Of a DNA stretch of 64,000 bases, positions 58,150-64,000 are shown piece after piece. This DNA is from an uncultured Gammaproteobacteria bacterium (GTDB taxonomy: Bacteria; Pseudomonadota; Gammaproteobacteria; UBA9214). Every line of letters begins with the position of its first letter. Within the stretch, counting starts at the first letter, position 1. The translations under genes were made by a program, and so were the position numbers. Where the stretch lies: the NCBI GenBank assembly GCA_963827755.1, contig CAWHCQ010000016.1:43965-107964 (forward strand), read 5' to 3'. Below the pieces are notes generated by a model. That model saw only the letters and a program-made list of their open reading frames with translations. It did no database searches and was not told the DNA's origin.

Positions 58150-58778
58150 TTTTATTCCTCTTAAGTTGCGTTTACCTATGCAGCGTATAGTCAGCTATCC
58201 TGCATCGGCCCGCAACCAATAATTCGTTTGTTGTCAAGCATGTAGCGGTTTAAACTCGCCGTTAAAAAATCTGCTGCGCAGTGCATCGTCTTTTTTGGTC
58301 GACTACAAGTCCCCAACCTACATGTAAATGCCCGGGCAAGGACATGATGTACGTCAATGGATGGTCAGTTTTTCGAATTCGAGCTGGCCAGATCAATCCA
58401 CGCCGTCGGCAAACGTCTGTCGATGATTTTATGTGGGTATCGAACCGGTAGGGACTGAATTCATGCCGGCTGTTCGAATCAGCCTCGGCGTGAGTGACGC
58501 ACATTCCGGTACACTGACGGGAATAAATACGACCCGGCACTCCGGCATGTTCACGCAAGCGGCCGTTCAAAACGCCCAATGCGCACGGCAATGTATGCAT
58601 GGGGCAAGTCGACGGGCACTGTCCCTGCAAGGCAATGATGATGTAGCATGCCCGTCACAAGGTCGCCTGCCCGGCGGGCAAGGCCGATCGCGAACTCACG
58701 AAGCAGGTACTCCGGATACCCGCAGGATCTGCCGGCGAATAGACGGCAACGGCCGGGTAATGACGTGAATGGATAACC

Positions 58779-59422
58779 ATGGATAGCAATTCCACTGACA
58801 ATGCCATGCTGCTGGAAGGCGCGGGGCTGGAATGTATCCGCGATGACCGGGTGTTGTTCAGTGGCCTGGATTTCAGCCTTGGCCCGGCCAGACCCTGCTG
58901 CTCGAGGGTCGCAACGGCAGCGGCAAGACATCCCTGCTGCGTATCCTCTGCGGCATCCGCCTGCCCGAGAGCGGGGCCGTCAACTGGTGCGGTGAGGACA
59001 TCTTCAGTCTCGGGCCGATCTACCATGAGCATATCGCCTACGTCGGCCATCGCGACGGTCTCAAGCTGGACCTGACACCGATGGAAAACCTGGTCATGTC
59101 ACGCGGCCTGGGCAGTCCCAACCCCGATACCGGCCCCGAGGATGCGCTGCATCGTGTCGACCTGCTCGGTTTTGAAGACATACCGACCCGTAACCTGTCG
59201 GCCGGTCAGCAGCGGCGCCTGGCGCTGGCGCGCCTGCTGGTGACCCGTGCGCAGTTGTGGATACTCGACGAGCCATTTACCTCGCTGGACGCCTTTGGCA
59301 TTGAGCTGGCGGAGGAATTATTCCAGGAGCACATTGGCATGGACGGCATGCTGGCGATGACCTCCCACCATGCCGTCAATCTCGGCGGCGTGCATGTCCA
59401 GAGGATAAACCTGTCTGCATGA
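58779..59422 (+). CDS. ccmA: Heme exporter ATPase CcmA (apparent frameshift near 58887)
   Basis: Walker A GRNGSGKT after the frame change, 'LSAGQQRRLALARL', 'WILDEPF'. Confidence 0.92.
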
Positions 59423-60104
59423 ACAGCGCATCGACACTGTCGGCCTTCCTGCTGTTGTTGCGGCGTGATCTGCTCCTTGCGTTACCGCCAGCGCGCAGAG
59501 CTGATGAACCCGTTGCTGTTCTTCGTCCTGGTCACGGCCCTGTTTCCGCTGGGAATCGGTACCAACCCGGAACTGCTCAAGGCGGTCGGCCCGGGCGTCA
59601 TCTGGGTGGCGGCACTGCTGGCATCGCTGTTATCGCTGGAGGGCATCTTTCGCTCGGATTTCGAAGACGGCTCGCTCGAACAGTTCCTGCTCTGTGCACA
59701 CCCGGTGTCGATCCTGGTGATGGCCAAGGTGCTGGCACACTGGCTGATTACCGGGTTGCCGTTGCTGATTATTACCCCACTGCTGGGGGTGTTACTCGAT
59801 TTGCCGGGCGAATCCATTCGAGGTGCTGCTACTGACGCTGGCGCTGGGTACGCCGGTACTGAGCCTGATCGGCTCCATCGGGGTCGCATTGACCGTCGGT
59901 CTGCGCCGCGGCGGGATGATTTTGTCGCTGCTGGTGTTACCATTGTACGTCCCGGTGCTGATATTCGCGGCCAATGCAGTGGAAACGGCCGCTGCCGGGT
60001 TACCGATTACGGCCCATCTGTCGATGCTGAGCGGCTTGCTGATACTGGCCCTGAGCCTGTCCCCGCTTGCAACAGCTGCGGCCTTGCGCGTGAGTTTGAG
60101 TTGA
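59419..60104 (+). CDS. ccmB: Heme exporter CcmB (apparent frameshifts)
   Basis: 'NPLLFFVLVTALFPLG', 'FRSDFEDGSLEQ', 'LPLYVPVLIF'. Confidence 0.92.
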
Positions 60105-60106
60105 TT

Positions 60107-60853
60107 ATGAACAGGATCATTCGTCTTTATCACCAGCTGGGATCGCCGCGTTATTTTTACCGCTATGCCGGTATCATGCTTCCCTGGCTGGCCGTGCCCT
60201 GCGCCATCCTCATGCTGGCCGGTCTCTACCAGGGCCTGGTCGTCGCGCCGGCCGACTACCAGCAGGGCGAGAGCTACCGCATCATGTTCGTTCATGTGCC
60301 GAGCGCCTGGATGTCGATGTTTATCTACGTCGTCATGGCCGTGTGCGGGGCCATTGCCCTGATCTGGCATATGAAGCTCGCCGAGATCTTCGCCATCAGC
60401 AGTGCCCACATTGGTGCATCGTTTACCTTCCTCGCCCTGATCACCGGCTCGATCTGGGGCAAACCCATGTGGGGCACCTGGTGGGTGTGGGATGCACGCC
60501 TGACCTCGGAGCTGATCCTGCTGTTTCTCTACCTCGGCGTGATCGCCCTTTATAATGCCATCGATGACAAGCGCACCGCCGCGCGCGCCACGGCGATCCT
60601 TGCCATCGTCGGCGTCGTCAACATCCCGATCATCCATTTCTCGGTGAAATGGTGGAATACCCTGCACCAGGGCCCGACGGTCACCAAGTTCGATGCACCG
60701 TCCATCGATATCAGGATGCTGATCCCGTTATTGCTGATGGCCGTCGCCTTCAAGCTGTTTTACGCGGTGGTGCTGCTGATGCGTGCGCGCTGCGAACTGC
60801 TGGAGCGCGAACGCAATACCCAGTGGGTCGGTGAACTGGCGGGACCTGAATGA
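60107..60853 (+). CDS. ccmC: Heme exporter CcmC
   Basis: 'RIMFVHVP', WWD motif 'WGKPMWGTWWVWDARLTS', 'WWNTLHQ'. Confidence 0.95.
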   Translation: MNRIIRLYHQLGSPRYFYRYAGIMLPWLAVPCAILMLAGLYQGLVVAPADYQQGESYRIMFVHVPSAWMSMFIYVVMAVCGAIALIWHMKLAEIFAISSAHIGASFTFLALITGSIWGKPMWGTWWVWDARLTSELILLFLYLGVIALYNAIDDKRTAARATAILAIVGVVNIPIIHFSVKWWNTLHQGPTVTKFDAPSIDIRMLIPLLLMAVAFKLFYAVVLLMRARCELLERERNTQWVGELAGPE

Positions 60854-60862
60854 GTCATAGTA

Positions 60863-61027
60863 ATGATGAGTGAGTTTTTCCACATGGGCGGTTACGCCTT
60901 CTACGTCTGGAGTTCCTACGCCATAGCCCTGGTCGTGCTGGTGCTCAATGTGCTGGTGCCGCTGCGCAACCGGCGCAGGCTGCTTGCCGATATTGCCCGC
61001 CGCGCCCGGCGCGCCCGGAGAACCTGA
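60863..61027 (+). CDS. ccmD: Heme exporter CcmD
   Basis: '[17 protein letters not shown]', TM segment and basic tail; below the ORF-track size cutoff. Confidence 0.88.
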   Translation: MMSEFFHMGGYAFYVWSSYAIALVVLVLNVLVPLRNRRRLLADIARRARRARRT

Positions 61028-61491
61028 TGCATCCGAAACGTAAAAAGAGACTGTATCTGATTGTCCTGATGCTGGCCGGTGTCGGCGTCGGCATTGCGCT
61101 GGCACTCAGTGCCTTCAATGATAACCTGATGTTTTTCTATTCGCCCAGCGAGGTCGTCGCCGGCGGTGCCCCTGCCGGGCACCCGATCCGGATCGGAGGG
61201 CTGGTGACCAACGGCAGTGTAAAACGCCAGGAAGACGGGCTGACGGTGCGCTTCGATGTTACCGACAACGCCGAGACCGTAACTGTTGAGTACACCGGCA
61301 TCCTGCCTGACCTGTTTCGCGAGGGGCAGGGCATCGTCGCCCGTGGCAAGCTGGACGTGAGTGGTGTGTTTGTCGCCGAAGAAGTGCTGGCGAAACACGA
61401 TGAAAACTACATGCCGCCGGAGGTGGCCGATGCGCTGAAGACGGCCCATGATGAAGGCGTCGAGCCCGCGAAGCAGGTCGGCACGCCATGA
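61027..61491 (+). CDS. ccmE: Heme chaperone CcmE
   Basis: '[15 protein letters not shown]', '[14 protein letters not shown]'. Confidence 0.96.
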   Translation: MHPKRKKRLYLIVLMLAGVGVGIALALSAFNDNLMFFYSPSEVVAGGAPAGHPIRIGGLVTNGSVKRQEDGLTVRFDVTDNAETVTVEYTGILPDLFREGQGIVARGKLDVSGVFVAEEVLAKHDENYMPPEVADALKTAHDEGVEPAKQVGTP

Positions 61492-63491
61492 TCCCCGAGC
61501 TCGGCAATTTCGCCCTGATCCTGGGGCTGAGCCTGACGCTGGTGCTGGCGGTGTTTCCCATGATCGGCAGCCTCAACAACACGCCCGGCTGGGTGGCCAT
61601 GGCGCGGCCGGTTGCCTGGGGGCAATTCTTTTTCGTCGCCATATCCTTCGCCTGCCTGGTGAATGCCTTCCTGGTGAACGACTTCTCGGTGTTGTACGTC
61701 GCGCAACACGGCAACACGCAGCTGCCGCTCATCTACAAGGTCTCCGCCGTGTGGGGTGCACACGAGGGTTCGCTGCTGTTGTGGGCGCTGATCCTCAGTG
61801 GCTGGACCGTGGCGGTCTCGCTGTTCGCGCGCGACCTGCCTGCCGTAGTGCTGGCGCGGGTGCTGTCGGTCATGGGGATGATCAGCATCGGCTTTCTCAG
61901 CTTTCTGCTGTTTACCTCCAACCCCTTTGACCGTACCTTTCCGGTGCCGCTGGAAGGCGGTGATCTCAACCCGCTGCTGCAGGATTTAGGCCTGGCGATT
62001 CATCCACCGATGCTCTACATGGGGTACGTCGGCCTGTCGGTCGCCTTCAGTTTCGCCATTGCCGCGCTGATCGGCGGCAAGCTCGATGCCGCCTGGGCAC
62101 GCTGGTCGCGACCCTGGACCACGGTGGCCTGGGTGTTCCTCACCATCGGCATCACGCTGGGCAGCTGGTGGGCCTACTATGAACTGGGCTGGGGCGGCTG
62201 GTGGTTCTGGGACCCGGTGGAGAATGCGTCCTTTATGCCCTGGCTGGCCGGTACCGCGCTGATTCATTCACTGGCAATGACCGAGAAACGCGGCGCGTTC
62301 AAGCGCTGGACGGTGTTGCTGGCGCTGCTGGCCTTTTCCCTCAGCCTGCTCGGTACCTTCCTGGTGCGCTCCGGAGTGCTGACCTCGGTGCATTCCTTTG
62401 CGGCCGATCCGGCGCGCGGCCTGTTCATCCTCGTCTTCCTCTGCATCGTCATCGGCGGCTCACTTGCCCTGTACGCCTGGCGGGCGCCGGACGTTACCAG
62501 CGGCGGGCGCTTCGAGCTGCTGTCGCGCGAGACCCTGCTGCTCGGCAACAATCTGCTGCTGGTCGTGATCACCGCCTTCATCCTGCTCGGGACGCTGGCG
62601 CCGCTGATCTATGACGCCCTCGGCTGGGGCAAGATCTCGGTGGGGTTTCCCTGGTTCACCAGCATGCTGATTATCTTTGCACCGTTCCTGATTCTGATCA
62701 TGGGCATCGGGCCGCTGGCGCGCTGGAAGCACCAGGACAGCGGCGATCTGCTGCGCCGCTTGCGCCTCGCGTTTCTGCTCAGTGTCGGTGCCGGGTTCGT
62801 GGTCGCAATGCCGTTGCTGCATGAAGGCTGGTCGATCTGGATCGGGCGAGGCCGCGATGCTGTCGGTGTGGCTGGTTGCCACGCTGTTTATCGGGCTGCG
62901 CCAGCGGCTGCGTAACCGCAGGGGTTTCGCCGGGATTCTGGCGGGACCTGACACTCAAGGGCAGCGGCAGTTACTACGGCATGGTCGTGGCGCACTTCGG
63001 CATCGCGGTGTTTATCATCGGCGTGACGGCGGCCACCCTGTTCGATGTCGAAAAGGACGCGCGCATGTCGCCGGGGCAGACCATCGAGGTGGCCGGGTAC
63101 AGCTTCCGCTTCGATGGCGTCGAGGACCACCGCGGTCCCAACTACCGCTCCGACCTCGGCACCGTGACGCGTCTTCAAGGGCGAGCGCGAGGTCGCGGTC
63201 CTGAAGCCCGAGAAGCGCACCTACCTGGTACAGACCAAGCCGATGACCGAGTCCGGCATCGATGCCGGTTTCATGCGCGACATCTATGTGTCCCTGGGCG
63301 AGGCGCTTGGCGGCGGCGACTGGAGTCTGCGGCTTTACTACAAGCCGCTGGTGCGCTGGATCTGGCTGGGCGGCATCCTCATCGCCGTCGGCGGCCTGCT
63401 GGCGGCCTCGGACAAACGCTACCGCATGGCCATCCGGCAGCGCGCCGGTGTCATGGCCACGGGCGGGCTGGCTGCCGGGGGACGTTCCTGA
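61488..63491 (+). CDS. ccmF: Heme lyase CcmF (apparent frameshifts in the 3' third)
   Basis: 'WGAHEGSLL', 'HPPMLYMGY', '[14 protein letters not shown]', 'SVHSFA', tail '[13 protein letters not shown]'. Confidence 0.94.
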
Positions 63492-64000
63492 TGGCGCGTT
63501 ACCTGCGCTACCTGGTGCCGCTGGGCATGTTTGCCGTGCTGGTCGCCTTGCTGTTCCGCGGCCTGAGTCTCGACCCGAAACTGGTGCCGTCACCGCTGGT
63601 GGGCAAGCCCATGCCGGCCTTTACGCTGACGCGTCTCGATGATGCCAATACCACCATCAGTGATACCGATATCAGGGGCGAGGTCAGCGTGCTGAATATC
63701 TGGGCGACCTGGTGTGTCTCCTGCCGTGCCGAACACGATGTCCTGCTGCAACTGGCGCGGACCGGGCAGGTGGCGATTTACGGGCTCAATTACAAGGACA
63801 ACCGTAGCGACGCGCAGCGCTGGCTGCGCCAGCTGGGTGACCCCTATGTGGCCAATGCCTTTGACGAGGACGGCCGGGTCGGGATCAACTGGGGCGTCTA
63901 TGGTGCCCCGGAAACCTTTGTCATCGACCGGCAGGGTATTATCCGTCACAAGCACATCGGGCCGTTGACCACCGAGGTCCTGAATACGACACTGCTGCCA
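63491..64000 (+). CDS. dsbE: Thiol:disulfide interchange protein DsbE/CcmG (3' end outside the window)
   Basis: Own translation: 'PSPLVGKP', 'NIWATWCVSCRAEH', 'GVYGAPETFVID'. Confidence 0.93.
   Translation, partial: MARYLRYLVPLGMFAVLVALLFRGLSLDPKLVPSPLVGKPMPAFTLTRLDDANTTISDTDIRGEVSVLNIWATWCVSCRAEHDVLLQLARTGQVAIYGLNYKDNRSDAQRWLRQLGDPYVANAFDEDGRVGINWGVYGAPETFVIDRQGIIRHKHIGPLTTEVLNTTLLP

Noticed and set aside
58262-58768. Short ORFs in the mtoA-ccmA spacer
   Set aside because: No recognisable motif, RBS or coding-like composition.
59465-60853. Apparent CcmB-CcmC fusion in the ORF track
   Set aside because: Produced by an indel in ccmB; ccmB has its own stop at 60104 and ccmC its own ATG at 60107.

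Overview
GC-rich gammaproteobacterial chromosome segment, probably a sulfur-storing chemolithotroph because it encodes a sulfur globule protein. The conserved backbone is dnaE, accA-tilS-pyrG-kdsA-eno-ftsB-ispD-ispF-truD, smr, surE-pcm-yqaA-nlpD-rpoS, alaC-hom-thrC-recJ-prfB-lysS, mltD-like/yafS-rnhA-dnaQ, hemN and ccmABCDEF-dsbE. Four accessory blocks interrupt it: (1) a CDF metal exporter plus a sucrose operon (sps-spp-fructokinase-amylosucrase) between dnaE and accA; (2) after rpoS and a 15x heptamer repeat, an uncharacterised three-gene module (membrane cytochrome-b-like/pentaheme c/TPR fusion, ASPIC-UnbV/CRTAC1 propeller, TPR protein), followed by a sulfur globule gene with a perfect FNR box upstream; (3) an ~8.2 kb giant Rhs/SpvB/FG-GAP gene with adhesin-like N-terminal domains and a downstream lipoprotein; (4) an MtrAB/MtoAB-type porin-decaheme cassette with a truncated FccA-like diheme cytochrome, bracketed by two diverged copies of the ccmA 5' end. 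Many single-base frameshifts in housekeeping genes suggest uncorrected long-read indels, so split ORFs are reported as joined genes. All family calls come from motif and sequence recognition; no searches were run.
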